NCBI GenBank assembly: GCA_034670305.1
Contig: JAXMNT010000012.1
Span: 91,534 to 155,533 of the forward strand
From: Deltaproteobacteria bacterium
GTDB taxonomy: Bacteria; Myxococcota_A; Polyangia; Polyangiales; Houyiibacteriaceae
DNA: 64,000 bases
Reading direction: 5' to 3'
The first letter of the stretch is position 1, and each line of letters starts with the position of its first letter. The position numbers and the translations under genes were made by a program. This document shows, one piece after another, positions 46,367 to 57,300 of the stretch. Below the pieces are notes generated by a model, which was not told the origin of the DNA, ran no database searches, and worked only from the letters and a program-made list of their open reading frames with translations.

Positions 46367-47899
46367 TCACTCTTCGGCGCAGCGGCCGGTGCGGAGGATG
46401 CGGCGGGCGGCGACGCTGATCGCGAGGCGGGGTTCTTGGAAGTCGTCTTGGCAGATCGAGCGCACGACCGCGTTGGCGCCGCCGGTCTCGAGGCCCTGCG
46501 CGAGTTCGACGAACCGGCGAGAAGGAAAGGCGAGGTGCTCGGGGTCCGGGCACGCATACGCCAACTGCGACGGCATCTCGTCGGAGGGCCGCTCTTCCAT
46601 GCCGGCATGTTCGAGGATCGCTTCGAAGGCTTCGTCCACTGGTATCTCGGGCGGGATCCCGACCAGGCTGACGACCAGGAGCGTCGACGGATCCTCGCGG
46701 AGTCGGAGCAATCCCTCGACGTAGCGGTCCACCGGATGCACCGCCCCTGGATGCCTGAAACAGCGCAGGTTCAGGTCCGGCGTGAACCGTGGGCTGGTTC
46801 GGTCCAACAGCTCTGAATCGGACACGGAACAGTCGTTCTCGTCCGTCAAGAACAGCACGACGAGCAGTGAATCCGGACGCAGAAAGCCAGCGTTGACGCC
46901 GTCGCCGTGTCCAACGGTCTCGTCGAAGAACCTCAGGTCGGAAGACGCTGGGGTCAGCGCTTTGAGGGTGGCTTCGAACTGCTGCTCGTACCCACAGCCT
47001 CCGGTGCCGAGCCGCGCCAGACAGGCCGCATCGGCGCCGAGCAGGGCGGCATCGTCTCTGCCCGGGACGAAGTCGAGAAAGGAGGGGGCAGTCACCGTAC
47101 AGTCCGGGCCCCGCGAGGATCCGATCAAGATCCCGTCGTCTCCGAACTCGGGCTCGACACAAGTCGACATCTCGAACCCGCCCGTGCCCATGTCGGTGGA
47201 GACGACGCCGACGTGCACGCTCTCGAGCGATTCGAACTCCGCCGTGTCTGCCGTGATCTCCGCGATCAGGGCGGGCAACTGCTCCGCGAGTTCGTCTTGC
47301 TCTTCTCCCATGGAGTTGGAGTTGTCGACGACCAAGAGCAGGTCGAGGTTTGGGATCGCCACGCGCCGGCAGGGCATGTCGGGGGTCGGGTCGTAAAGCG
47401 GGAGGTCGGAGGCGACCACGTCCGCGTCCGTGCAGCCGGTGGCGTCGCACGATTCCTGTGGGCTGCACGGAGCATCTTCGCAGGAGGCATGGAAATGAAG
47501 CGCGAGCGCACGCTGGGTGCCTGAAGCGAAGTGGCCGAACCCGCGCACATGCCCGATGTGATCGCCGTCTCCTCCGCCCGCTGCGTACGCATACGCATCG
47601 TACTCGAACGCACGGGAGCCGTCGTTGTCGCGTGGCACGATCGAGGTCACGAGCGGGAACGTGGGAGACGAGATGCTTCGGGTGTCCGTCGTCTCCAGCG
47701 CCGCGGTGGTCGCACCGCCACGCACGGTGATCTCGACCCGCGCGATCGGGAGCGCCGAGTCCGCGGTCAGTTCGACGACCACCTGCGTCGTCGCGGGCGA
47801 TGGTTCGTCTCCGCACGCCACCGCCACGCAGAGGACGAGAAAGGTCTGGCAGGCGCGGCGGGCGCGGGTCGGGAAAGAAGAGATCAAAGCGGGCTCCAA
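46367..47899 (-). CDS. Lipoprotein with myxobacterial vWA-like domain (start uncertain)
   Basis: VAC lipobox; DLLLVVDNSNSM.EEQ, VGVVSTDMG, GT.GCG.EQ, N.GFLR..S.L....TDE.DCS. Confidence 0.8.
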   Translation of the reverse strand: MEPALISSFPTRARRACQTFLVLCVAVACGDEPSPATTQVVVELTADSALPIARVEITVRGGATTAALETTDTRSISSPTFPLVTSIVPRDNDGSRAFEYDAYAYAAGGGDGDHIGHVRGFGHFASGTQRALALHFHASCEDAPCSPQESCDATGCTDADVVASDLPLYDPTPDMPCRRVAIPNLDLLLVVDNSNSMGEEQDELAEQLPALIAEITADTAEFESLESVHVGVVSTDMGTGGFEMSTCVEPEFGDDGILIGSSRGPDCTVTAPSFLDFVPGRDDAALLGADAACLARLGTGGCGYEQQFEATLKALTPASSDLRFFDETVGHGDGVNAGFLRPDSLLVVLFLTDENDCSVSDSELLDRTSPRFTPDLNLRCFRHPGAVHPVDRYVEGLLRLREDPSTLLVVSLVGIPPEIPVDEAFEAILEHAGMEERPSDEMPSQLAYACPDPEHLAFPSRRFVELAQGLETGGANAVVRSICQDDFQEPRLAISVAARRILRTGRCAEE

Positions 47900-47954
47900 C
47901 GGCGCCCACTGTACCGGGGACCCCCTCTTCGGGGAAACGCGATAGTCTTGCCGC

Positions 47955-49358
47955 GTGAACGCGCAGGCCGAGGCGGAACTCCGGTTGCCCGAAGTGGGCA
48001 CCGTGATCGCCGGCAAGTACGAGCTCGTGGGAGAACTCGGGCGGGGCGGCATGGGCGCCGTGTTCGAGGCGCGTCACAAGGTGACGGGCAAACCCTTCGC
48101 GCTGAAGTGGATGATGCCGTCCCTCGCCGAAGACGACCAAGCGATGAAGCGGTTCGTGCGCGAGGCGAAGACGACCTGCGCGATCGAACATCCGAATGTC
48201 GTGGAGGTGTACGACGTCGGGATCGAAGACGGGGCGATGTTCCTCGTCATGCAGTTCTTGCTGGGGGAGCCGCTCAAGGACCGCATCGTGCGCGAGCCCC
48301 TCGTTCCGGAGGAGTTCGAGTCTTTGGTGCTGCCGGTGTTGGCGGGTCTCGCCGAAGTGCACGCGGCCGGCATCGTGCACCGGGATCTCAAACCGGAGAA
48401 CATCTTCCTCGCCAAGGAGCCCGGCACCGGCGAGATCGTGCCGAAGCTCCTCGACTTCGGCATCTCCAAGCTCAACACCGAGACACCCGAAGAGAGCGCG
48501 CTCCGGTTGACGGGTGCCGGCGTGATGATGGGCACGCCGATGTACATGGCGCCCGAACAGATGCGCGACGCGGCCAACGTCGGGCCGCGTGCCGACATCT
48601 ACTCGTTCGCGTGCGTGCTCTACGAAGCGCTGACCGGGCAGGTGCCCATCGAGGCCCAGACGTTTCCGGACCTCATCTTCCGCATCGCGACCGAGACGCC
48701 GGACGACGTGCGCACCCACGCGCCGCATGTCTCGCCGCAGCTCTCCGACGTGGTCATGCGTGGTCTGGCCAAGGTGCCAGAGGACCGGTTCGAGTCCGCG
48801 GAGCATTTCGCCGACGCGCTCCGCCGAGCGCTGCGTGCGCCCCGCGATTCGCTCTCCTTCGGGGACACCATGCCCACCGGCGAGCAGGTGCTGGTGCCGC
48901 CGTCGCCCGGCAGCCCGGCGATCGAGGCAAAGCGCACGCCCTGGTTCGCGGTGCTGGCCACGGCGGGGTTGCTCTGCGCGGTCGTGGCCGGGGTGGTGGT
49001 GTTCGGAGGCGACGACGGCGAGCCCAGCGTGGCGGCGGAGCTGGACTCGACTGCGGAAGCAGAAGCAGCCGCTTTGGCAGAAGCAGAAGCAGAAGCAGAA
49101 GCAGAAGCAGAAGCAGAAGCAGAAGCAGCAGCAGCGGCGGAAGCAGCGGCAGCAGCAACGGCAGAAGCAGCGGCAGAAGCAGCGGCGGAAGCAGCGGCGG
49201 AAGCAGCGGCAGAAGCAGCGGCCGCTGAGACCGTGGCCGAATCCATGGCTCCGCGGATGCGGGTTCGGATGCGCGCGGTGCCGGTGATGGAAGACGTCAT
49301 GCGGGAGATCCCCATGGTCGGCCGCCTCACCGTGATGTCTTCTCTCGACGACTTCTGA
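47955..49358 (+). CDS. Membrane Ser/Thr protein kinase with Ala/Glu repeat tail
   Basis: LGRGGMG.V, ALK, HRDLKPEN, DFGISK, GTP.YMAPEQ; TM helix; (AE)n/(EAAA)n. Confidence 0.93.
   Translation: MNAQAEAELRLPEVGTVIAGKYELVGELGRGGMGAVFEARHKVTGKPFALKWMMPSLAEDDQAMKRFVREAKTTCAIEHPNVVEVYDVGIEDGAMFLVMQFLLGEPLKDRIVREPLVPEEFESLVLPVLAGLAEVHAAGIVHRDLKPENIFLAKEPGTGEIVPKLLDFGISKLNTETPEESALRLTGAGVMMGTPMYMAPEQMRDAANVGPRADIYSFACVLYEALTGQVPIEAQTFPDLIFRIATETPDDVRTHAPHVSPQLSDVVMRGLAKVPEDRFESAEHFADALRRALRAPRDSLSFGDTMPTGEQVLVPPSPGSPAIEAKRTPWFAVLATAGLLCAVVAGVVVFGGDDGEPSVAAELDSTAEAEAAALAEAEAEAEAEAEAEAEAAAAAEAAAAATAEAAAEAAAEAAAEAAAEAAAAETVAESMAPRMRVRMRAVPVMEDVMREIPMVGRLTVMSSLDDF
49053..49226 (+). repeat. Coding (gcagaa)n/(gaagcagcggc.)n low-complexity repeat
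   Basis: Directly visible. Confidence 0.88.
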
Positions 49359-49402
49359 GCATCGGGATGCTTTCAACCGGGCGCATCGTCTATGCTCGCG
49401 GC

Positions 49403-50221
49403 GTGCGTGTGGGCGTCCTCGTGTGGTTGTTGTTCGGTTCCGCGGTGGTGCACGCGCAGCCGGAGCCCACCGAACCGCCCGAACCCTCCGCGGAAGAAGC
49501 CGAGCCGGCGATGCCCGAGGGGTTCGCCGCGCTCGTGCGCGAAGGGCTCGCCGAGTACGGCGCCGGACGCTGGGCCGAAGCGCGGGTGCTCTTTCTCGCC
49601 GCGTACGAAGCGCGCGAGAGCGCCGAGGCACTGCGCATGGCCGGCAACGCATCCTACGAGCTGCGGGACTACGTCGCGTCGGTCGAGTACCTCGAGCGCG
49701 CGCTCGCCGCGACCGAACACGGACTGCGGGCTGAACGGGCGGCCGAAGCCGAAGTCGTGCTGGAGCGGGCACGGCGTTTCGTCGGTGTCGTCCGCTTCGA
49801 GGTCACGGCCGACGTCGGCGCGCGGGTGCGGATCGACGGCCGCGAGGTCGACGTCGCGTCCCCGCTGCTCCTGGCCGAAGGCACCTACCGACTGCGGGCC
49901 GACGCCGACGGCCATCTGCCGATCGACCGCCCCCTCGACGTCCACCCCGGCGAGCAGACCGTGCCCGTGACGCTGAGCGTCGAGCCGGAACCCGACCCGG
50001 TGCCTACGCCCCGCGAAGTCGCCGTGATGGCGCAACCGGCCCCCGAGCCCGAGCCCCCTTCGCGGGTGGGTCTGTGGGTGGGTCTCAGCGGGGCCGCGGT
50101 CGCAGTCGCGGTGCTGGTGGTCGTGCTCGTGCTGGCGCTCGGCGGCGACAGCGGTGGCCAAGGCCTCGACCTGCCGCCCGGCGAGAACACCTTCGGCGCA
50201 CACGTCGAAGCGCTGCGCTAG
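49403..50221 (+). CDS. TPR plus PEGA domain membrane protein
   Basis: Signal peptide, TPR-like helices, GARVRIDG...L.EG.Y.L, C-terminal TM; GTG 6 nt after TATGCT. Confidence 0.8.
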   Translation: MRVGVLVWLLFGSAVVHAQPEPTEPPEPSAEEAEPAMPEGFAALVREGLAEYGAGRWAEARVLFLAAYEARESAEALRMAGNASYELRDYVASVEYLERALAATEHGLRAERAAEAEVVLERARRFVGVVRFEVTADVGARVRIDGREVDVASPLLLAEGTYRLRADADGHLPIDRPLDVHPGEQTVPVTLSVEPEPDPVPTPREVAVMAQPAPEPEPPSRVGLWVGLSGAAVAVAVLVVVLVLALGGDSGGQGLDLPPGENTFGAHVEALR

Positions 50222-50449
50222 CAGGTCGCTGAAAAGCGACCTGCTCCCTTGCCGTTGCCCGTGCCCTTGCCCGCGTCGTGGACGCCGTGTGTTTCGCGAC
50301 GGCGAGGCCGCGAATCGGAGCCCGATGCCCAGCGGACGAAGCCGCCGGGCATCGGTCGGTGCTACGCGGCGCAGCTCCGCAGCCGCGCGACGCGTAGGAG
50401 GTTGTATGCGGCGCCGGCCAGGTAGGCGGCGAACTGTGTCTTGCGTCTG
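50218..50449. mobile_element. Element copy 2 (one end plus transposase 3' remnant)
   Basis: ctagcaggtcgctgaaaagcgacctgct...; minus strand RRKTQFAAYLAGAAYNLLRVARLRSCAA, stop at 50362. Confidence 0.85.
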
Positions 50450-50550
50450 AGGGGGAAGGGTTCCCGCCGGCCGGCCTGCGGCCCACCCGGCGACGATTGC
50501 AGCTCCGTTTTGCAGTTCCGTTTTGGGCAGCGCGATCTTAGTCTCGGGGC

Positions 50551-50895
50551 ATGACGATCACGATCGACGAAGCGTTCATGTCTGAGTACTTGGAGACCGT
50601 GGGGTACGACCTCTTCGAGATGGAAGAAGGCTGGCAGGGCAAGTTCGAAGAACCGTTCGGCGCGTGGGTCAAAGCGAACCACGAGTGGATCTTTGGCGAG
50701 CAGCCGGACGATCCCTCGATGATGGAACGCTTGATGAAGGATGAAGAAGAAGGCGGCACGATCGCCCAGTTCATCAACGGGCTGTCCGAGGCCGACAAGC
50801 GGATCGCCGTCGAAGGCATGATGGGTCTGTTGGTGCTCGACGAGCAGGACGACACCGAGCTCTACACCCAGCTGAAGGCGATGCTCGCCGGCTGA
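50551..50895 (+). CDS. Small acidic hypothetical protein
   Basis: Host codon usage; TAGTCT 6 nt before ATG. Confidence 0.75.
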   Translation: MTITIDEAFMSEYLETVGYDLFEMEEGWQGKFEEPFGAWVKANHEWIFGEQPDDPSMMERLMKDEEEGGTIAQFINGLSEADKRIAVEGMMGLLVLDEQDDTELYTQLKAMLAG

Positions 50896-51210
50896 GTTCG
50901 CCCTCCATCCCGGTCGACGCGCTGCAACACCGGCCGCCGCCTGCACTCGTCGGCCACTCTCTGGAGCGGATGCAGATGGAACGCGTCGACATTGGGACCG
51001 CTCGCCATCGCCGCGCTCGAACCCCAGCGTCTCGAGTACCGAAGCGAATCGATCCTCGAACCCGCGCGGAACCGGAAGCGACCTGGGCACCGAGGTCGGA
51101 TCGATGAACGTCATGCCCCCCAAGCGTAGCGGAACGTCACGATCGGCGAAGACTCATCCGCCCCTCGAGGTCGCACTACGGCAGCGACGCGCTGCGTGCG
51201 ACACTGGGCC

Positions 51211-51702
51211 GTGGCCCATCGATCTCTCTGCGCGCTCACCACCGCTCTGCTCTTGCTCGGAACGAGCCTCGCGGTGGGACAACCCTCGACCTGGTTCCGG
51301 ATGGAAGGGGATGGGGTGGCCGTGATGGTCGACCGCGACGGGTGGGTGCATCTCGCGGGACGGCGAAGCCCGTTTCGGTTTCATCAGAACCAGATGATGC
51401 GGGACGGCCGAACGCTGTTGCAGGTGATGCCAGACGGACGACTCCAGAACCCGTCGGGGCGAGAAGTCGCCCGGTTGAACGGGTCGGGCGAAGCGCGCCG
51501 CGGGGAGGGTCGGTTCTTCTTCGACGACACCGGCGAGCTCGTGGGCGTCGGTCCTGCCGGCGAACGACACCCCACGGACTTTCGTCTGATCGGCGCCGCC
51601 GATGCGCAAGCAAGACAAGCAGCGATGGTGATCTCGCTGATGTTCATGCTCGGGATGGAGGGCTCCTCCGGAGCCCCAGAGCCGCCCGTCCCCGGCCGCT
51701 GA
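51211..51702 (+). CDS. Secreted hypothetical protein
   Basis: Signal peptide, short beta-hairpin repeats. Confidence 0.62.
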   Translation: MAHRSLCALTTALLLLGTSLAVGQPSTWFRMEGDGVAVMVDRDGWVHLAGRRSPFRFHQNQMMRDGRTLLQVMPDGRLQNPSGREVARLNGSGEARRGEGRFFFDDTGELVGVGPAGERHPTDFRLIGAADAQARQAAMVISLMFMLGMEGSSGAPEPPVPGR

Positions 51703-51762
51703 CCAAGCGACTCGCTCGGATGTTGTCGAGATGAAGCGAGCGCCGACTTCGGGCGTGTGCGT

Positions 51763-52296
51763 CTACGTGCCGCTCGGGGCGTCGCAGTCCTCGTAGCGGT
51801 AGTGGTAGTGCCAGTCGTCCGAGCCGCTGGCCGATGGATCCCAGACGACGCGCACGGTGCGGTCTCGCGCGTCGAAGGAGTAGTGGAGCCGTTCGCCTTC
51901 GTCTCCGGCCGGCACCAGCACTCCGTCGCCCGCCGCTTCTCCGAGCGCGACCGCCTCGGTGCGGGTGAGCGGTGTGGGCGCGGCGTGGCAGGCAAGGTCA
52001 CTCGGCATGTCCGGGCACTCGGTCGCGGGGCCCTCGTGCCACCAGACGTCCTCCCAGTCCGACCGGAACTCGGTCGCGCGGTGTTCGATGCGCGGCACCC
52101 GTTCGGGTTCGCCATCGATGGCGTACTGCAAATGCACCACGTCGACCTGACACGGCTCGAGGGCGATCGACTGTGCGGGTTCCGCCAACGGAGCGGACTC
52201 TCTCGGTGCGGCGTGTTCGGTTGGTGCTGCGACCGAACTCGGGGGGGCCCCACACGCGATCAGAACAGCGACGATGGCGATGGACCCGTGGTTCAT
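51763..52296 (-). CDS. Hypothetical lipoprotein
   Basis: MNHGSIAIVAVLIAC lipobox. Confidence 0.65.
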   Translation of the reverse strand: MNHGSIAIVAVLIACGAPPSSVAAPTEHAAPRESAPLAEPAQSIALEPCQVDVVHLQYAIDGEPERVPRIEHRATEFRSDWEDVWWHEGPATECPDMPSDLACHAAPTPLTRTEAVALGEAAGDGVLVPAGDEGERLHYSFDARDRTVRVVWDPSASGSDDWHYHYRYEDCDAPSGT

Positions 52297-52307
52297 GAGG
52301 GGGCGAT

Positions 52308-52886
52308 CTACCACGGCCGGCCCTCGCGCGAGTTCGCGGCGTCGCGCCGGCGCGTGAGTACACCGAGAACGATGCCTGCGAGCACCCCAGAGCCGGGGCC
52401 GGGGCCGCCGTCGCTCCGGCAAGCGCACCCCGCCGATTCCGGTTCGCCTTCCATGAGCTGGTCGAGTTCCGAGGGGATCGGCGCGGCAACGCATGCTCGC
52501 TGCACTTCACATTCGACGGGCCCGAACTCGGTCGGCCCACGAGGATGCGGCACCGCCCAACCCGTGCACTCTTCCTCGGGAGGGCAGGAGTTCACGACCG
52601 CGCGGTCGCTTTGCTCGACCGGTTCCAATTGTGGCCCGCGCGTCTGATAGGTGATCTCCACGGTGCACAATCGCCAGCTTCGACACCCGCCGCCCGCACA
52701 ATCGCAAGGATCACCATGCAGGCAGGCGTCGGCGCACGACTTCCCCGCGCACCACGCACCGGCGTGCGAGAACGTCTCGACCGAGCCCCTCGGACACTCG
52801 TACCCGGTGCCGAAGATCACATCCGCACGCCCGGCGGAGGGAGGCAGCGCGAGCAGCACGGAAGCCGCGAGAACCCATCGGAGCAT
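52308..52886 (-). CDS. Secreted Cys-rich protein with MYXO-CTERM-like tail
   Basis: Signal peptide; GCACR..hydrophobic..RRR; TAGAAT 5 nt before ATG. Confidence 0.75.
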   Translation of the reverse strand: MLRWVLAASVLLALPPSAGRADVIFGTGYECPRGSVETFSHAGAWCAGKSCADACLHGDPCDCAGGGCRSWRLCTVEITYQTRGPQLEPVEQSDRAVVNSCPPEEECTGWAVPHPRGPTEFGPVECEVQRACVAAPIPSELDQLMEGEPESAGCACRSDGGPGPGSGVLAGIVLGVLTRRRDAANSREGRPW

Positions 52887-52958
52887 GGCTCATTCTACAC
52901 AGCGTCGCGATCCCAGCGCCGCTGGCGTTGCCAACGCCCGCAGCCGAACGAGGGGCGA

Positions 52959-53126
52959 TCACGCGCTGAGCTGTAGCGGCTCCCGGCGTTCGATCATGGT
53001 GGTCGGGAGCGCGTTGCCCGGTCGCGCGCCGAGCAGACCGCCGACAATGGCCGCGTGGGTGTCGCGGTCGCCCCCGACGCCGACCGTTTCCCAGAGCGCG
53101 CGTTCGAGGTCGTCCGAGAACCGCAT
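52959..53126 (-). pseudogene. C-terminal remnant of an ADP-ribosylglycohydrolase (DraG/ARH)
   Basis: MRFSDDLERALWETVGVGGDRDTHAAIVGGLLGARPGNALPTTMIERREPLQLSA; in-frame stop shortly upstream. Confidence 0.75.
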
Positions 53127-53227
53127 CGAGGCTGGCCAGCACCCGCGTTCGGCGATCGTTCACCGGCGCAAGATGGGTCCGCGCGGCCAGGTGACAACCG
53201 GGTGCTGTCGATCCACCCGAAGCGGTA

Positions 53228-54145
53228 CTACGCGTTCAGTGCCTTCTCGAGCAGGGGGATGATCTTGGTCTGGCCGAGTTCACGGGCGCTCTCGAGCATG
53301 GTCTTGCCTTCGTTGTCCTTCGCGTGAAGGTCCGCGCCCTTGGCGATGAAGTACGCCACCGCCGTGTGGTTCCAATACATCTGGGCGGTCATGATCACGG
53401 TCGACCCGTGGCTGCGATCTTCGAGCCCGCAACCGAGCGCCAAGAGTTTGTCCCAGAGCGCCGTGTCCTTGTCGTGGGTGCCCACGCAGTAGTGAAGCGG
53501 CGTCGAGCCGTACTTGCTCTTGGTCGGTCGGGCCCCCGCGGCGAGGAGTGCGTCGAGCAACGGGCGGCAGCCGCTCCCGGCGGCGAGGTGCAGGGTGCCC
53601 GCGCCGTCTTCGTTGACGGTGTTGAGGTCGGCGCCCTCCGAGATGAGCCAGAGCGCGTTGGCTTGTTCGGTCGCGTTCATCTCACCGCTCTCCGTCCGCA
53701 GAAGATGCATGAGCGGCGTCTCTTGCTTCTCCGTGCACTTCACGTCGAGGTCGGCGCCGTGTTTGACGAGCGCCTCGGCGAAGTCGCGCTTCTTGAACCG
53801 CACCGCGTGGTGAAGGGGCGCCCAGCCTTGGAACTTGACGGTGTCGACCGCATCGAGCGCCGCCCCGGCAGCGACCACCGAGTCCAAGATCTTGGGGTCG
53901 CGCAGGAACTCGGCGAGGTAGTGGATCGCCGCCCGACCCTGCCTGTCCATCGCCTTCACGTCGGCGCCCGCCTTCACGAGCAACTTGACGATCGTCTTGC
54001 TCTTCGTCTCGATCGCCGCGCACAGCAGGGGCACCCCCACCGAGTTGGTGGCGGACACGTCCGCGCCATCCGCGATGGCCGCCTTCGCAGCTTTGCCGTC
54101 CTTGTTCGTGATCGCGGTCTGAAGCGCCTTGGTGGAATCACTCAT
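53228..54145 (-). CDS. Ankyrin-repeat protein
   Basis: Repeated G..PLH.A.......V..L...GAD units. Confidence 0.92.
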   Translation of the reverse strand: MSDSTKALQTAITNKDGKAAKAAIADGADVSATNSVGVPLLCAAIETKSKTIVKLLVKAGADVKAMDRQGRAAIHYLAEFLRDPKILDSVVAAGAALDAVDTVKFQGWAPLHHAVRFKKRDFAEALVKHGADLDVKCTEKQETPLMHLLRTESGEMNATEQANALWLISEGADLNTVNEDGAGTLHLAAGSGCRPLLDALLAAGARPTKSKYGSTPLHYCVGTHDKDTALWDKLLALGCGLEDRSHGSTVIMTAQMYWNHTAVAYFIAKGADLHAKDNEGKTMLESARELGQTKIIPLLEKALNA

Positions 54146-54341
54146 GGCATGAGCCTACCGGAGCGCCGGCGGCCGTGGAACATGACCGCGTTCGTCTGGG
54201 TGCGCACAAGGGACCATCGTACCCGAACGACCCCACGTACCGAGTACCTCGACCGCGAGCTCACCGAGCTCCACGCGCCCACGACAACGACCAGACGACG
54301 GACCTCGACGACTGAACACGACTCGACGACTGAACGACCCG

Positions 54342-57300
54342 CTACGGGAAGTCGGGGATGGCGGCGGGCGCCACCACGCTCGAGGTGGTGCCCTGTCCCG
54401 CCTGCCCTCCGCTGTTGCCGCCCCAGCACCACATCTCTGGGGTGCCGCCCATGTCGCGCAGCGCGCAGACATGGTTGGTGCCGCTCGCGATGTGAAGCAC
54501 GTTGTCGATGGGTGAACCGCCCGCATCCATGACTCGGATCGGGACCGTCGAACTCCCTTGCCCCGGTCCGAGCGCCTCGGCCGGCGCCACCCCCCAACAC
54601 CACGCCTCGCGCGCGCCGTCCGCGTGCCGGATGACGCATGCGACGCCTTGAACGACTCCGTTCGGGTCCATCGGCGAGATGTGACCGCCCACCGCATCGT
54701 CAATGCCCGCCACCACCGCGGGAAGCGGGTCGTCGCCACTCACGCTGCCGGAGCCTGTCTGAGTGCCCCAGCAATAGACGCGGCGCGACGCGGTGCGCAC
54801 GCAGGTCCGCGAACCCCCGCCCGGCATCAGCTCGATCACGTCCGCGGGCAAACCCGGAACCCGCCCGGGCGCATCGCGCGAGCCGCCCGCGAAGCCGTCG
54901 CCCAGCTCGCCCTCGGTCTGGTTGCCGAAGCAGACGACGAAGCTCCCGTCGACGGGGTTCGAGCGCAGGATGCAGGTGTGATCGTTGCCAGCGTGCACCC
55001 GCACTGCGTCGTCGATGTCTGGGATTCGAACCGGATTGGGCGAGTCGCCGCCCGGGCCATCGGGTCCCAGCTGACCGCGCGCGTCTCTTCCCCAGCAGTA
55101 CACCCGCTGGACGGGGGTGCCGCCCGCGTCTTCACGAACGACGGCACAGGCGTGCCTCGTGCCCATCTCCGCCTGCACCACATTCGTGAGTCCAGAGATG
55201 TAGTTGCCGGCGGGCACGCCGACCGGCCCCAAGATCCCGCACTGTGCGTCTTCGTTCCAGCCCCACGCGAACGCGCGCCCGTCTGCGGTGACGCCGATGC
55301 CACCGGCCCACCCCGCGCTCACGTCGACGAGGCGTGGTGCGACACCGAGGGTCGGTGACAGCTCCGGAACCAACGTCCCGGCGCCATGGGCTCCCGCGGA
55401 TCCTTGTTGGGCGCCCCAGACCGCGAGGTGGCCGCCCGCGCGCCGCGCGTACGTGAAGCCGGCGCCGGCGACCAGCTGCACGATGGGCGCGTCGTCGCAA
55501 CCGACGCCGGTCGCACCACACGTATCGCCGGCGGTGCACTCCGTGAAACACGCGCCGCAGTTGAGCGGATCGGTCGCGGTGGAGGTCTCGCAACCGTTGG
55601 TGACGTCGTCGTCGCAGTCGCCTTGTCCTCCGTCGCAGGTGAGTACGCAGGCGCCGCTCATGCACACGCCACCCGTGCCGGGGAGCGCGTCGCAAAACGC
55701 GTCGGTCCCTTCGTCGAGGGTGCCGTCGCAGTCTTCGTCGGACAGGTCGCAGGTCTCCACCCCGCCCGGAAACGAGCGCGCGTCGTCGTCGTCGCAGTCG
55801 GTGTCGTTGGACACGTAGCCGGCGGGCGGCGCGCAGCCGACGAGATCCGCGAGCGCGCCTCCGAAGCCGTCCCCGTCGGTGTCTTCGTACCAGGGGCGGT
55901 CGCTCGTTTCGTCGACCGTTCCGTCGCAGTCGCTGTCCGCGCCGTTGCATCGTTCGTCCGCGCCCGGAAAGATCATCGGGTCCGCGTCGTCGCAGTCGAG
56001 CGGTCGGTCGCTCGTGCCAGGGGGCGGGCGGCACGCGAGCACCGACTCGGTGCCGACGCCCCAGCCGTCCCCATCGCTGTCCACGTAGTAGGCGATCCGG
56101 GGCGCGCTCTCGTCGAGCACGTCGTCGCAGTCCGCGTCGATGCCGTCACAGCCGTCCGGCACACCGGGGTGAACCGAAGCGTCGAGGTCGTTGCAATCGC
56201 CCGCGCGTCCAGCGCGTCCAGCCGGCCGTGCGACCGCTTCGATCGAAGGTTCGTCGTCGGTTCCGTAGCCGTCGCCGTCGCGGTCGATCCACCACGGCAC
56301 GGTGCCGGGCGCTTCGTCGATGGTGCCGTCGCAATCGTTGTCGACCGCGTCCATCTGTTCGGGCGCGCCTGGGCGCACGTCGATGTCGGCGTCGTCGCAG
56401 TCCCCGCCGCCGCAGCGCATGTCGGCCACTCCGTCGCCGTCGTCGTCTTCGGTGTCTGGTCCGCCGTCGATGAAGAAGTTCGCGCGGCCATCGCAGTCGT
56501 CGTCGACGCCGTTGCAGCGTTCGTCGGCGAGCGGGTTGATGCGGGCGTCTTCGTCGTTGCAGTCACCGAGCCGGAGCACGTGGCCAGCCGGCGGGATGCA
56601 GCTCACCATCGTGCCGGATTCGGCGCTGCCGAACCCGTCGGCGTCTGCGTCGCGGTACCAGGTCGTCGACGCCGGTGACTCGTCGGTGATGCCGTCGCAG
56701 TCGTTGTCGATCTCGTCGCACACCTCGACCTGCCCTCCGTGCCGCGCACCGTTGGTGTCGTCGCAGTCGTCGCCCACGGTGGAGAAGCGAGGCAGGCCGG
56801 GGCACGAGGCGGTTGGCGCGCCAGGGTCGCCATGCAGATCCGCGTCTTCGTCGCGGAACCCTTCCACGAGCACGCCTTCGTCGACCAAGCCGTCGCAGTC
56901 GTTGTCGAACCCGTCGCAGACTTCGGGCAACCCGGGCCGGGCATCGCGGCGCATGTCGTTGCAGTCGGTGCCGCAGAACGAGGTGCCACCCTCCGGGTCC
57001 AGGTTGCAGCACGCCGCGTCGAACGCGCCGTCGCCATCGCGGTCGACGTCGCCGGTCGTGCGCGGGTCACAGTCTTCGTCGTGCCCGTCGGGGTCGCAGA
57101 CCTCCGCGTTGGCTGGGAAGCGGTTCGGGTCGGTGTCGTCGCAGTCGGCACCACCGCACCCGAGCACGACCGCGCCGTCGCCGTCGGCGTCGCCACCCGC
57201 GACGCCGCATTCCACCATGCACGTCTCGGCCGCCTCGTCGCAGAGCATGCCTTCCTCACAGGGCGGAGCGGACGCCACGCAGCCGCTCGGGTCGGCGCCT

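Noticed and set aside
50900-51114. Possible truncated gene on the minus strand (MTFIDPTSVPRS...)
   Set aside because: Plausible start but no motif, and the frame runs antisense through 50551-50895
54182-54340. Short ORF or gene remnant between the ankyrin and RCC1 genes
   Set aside because: No consistent frame or motif
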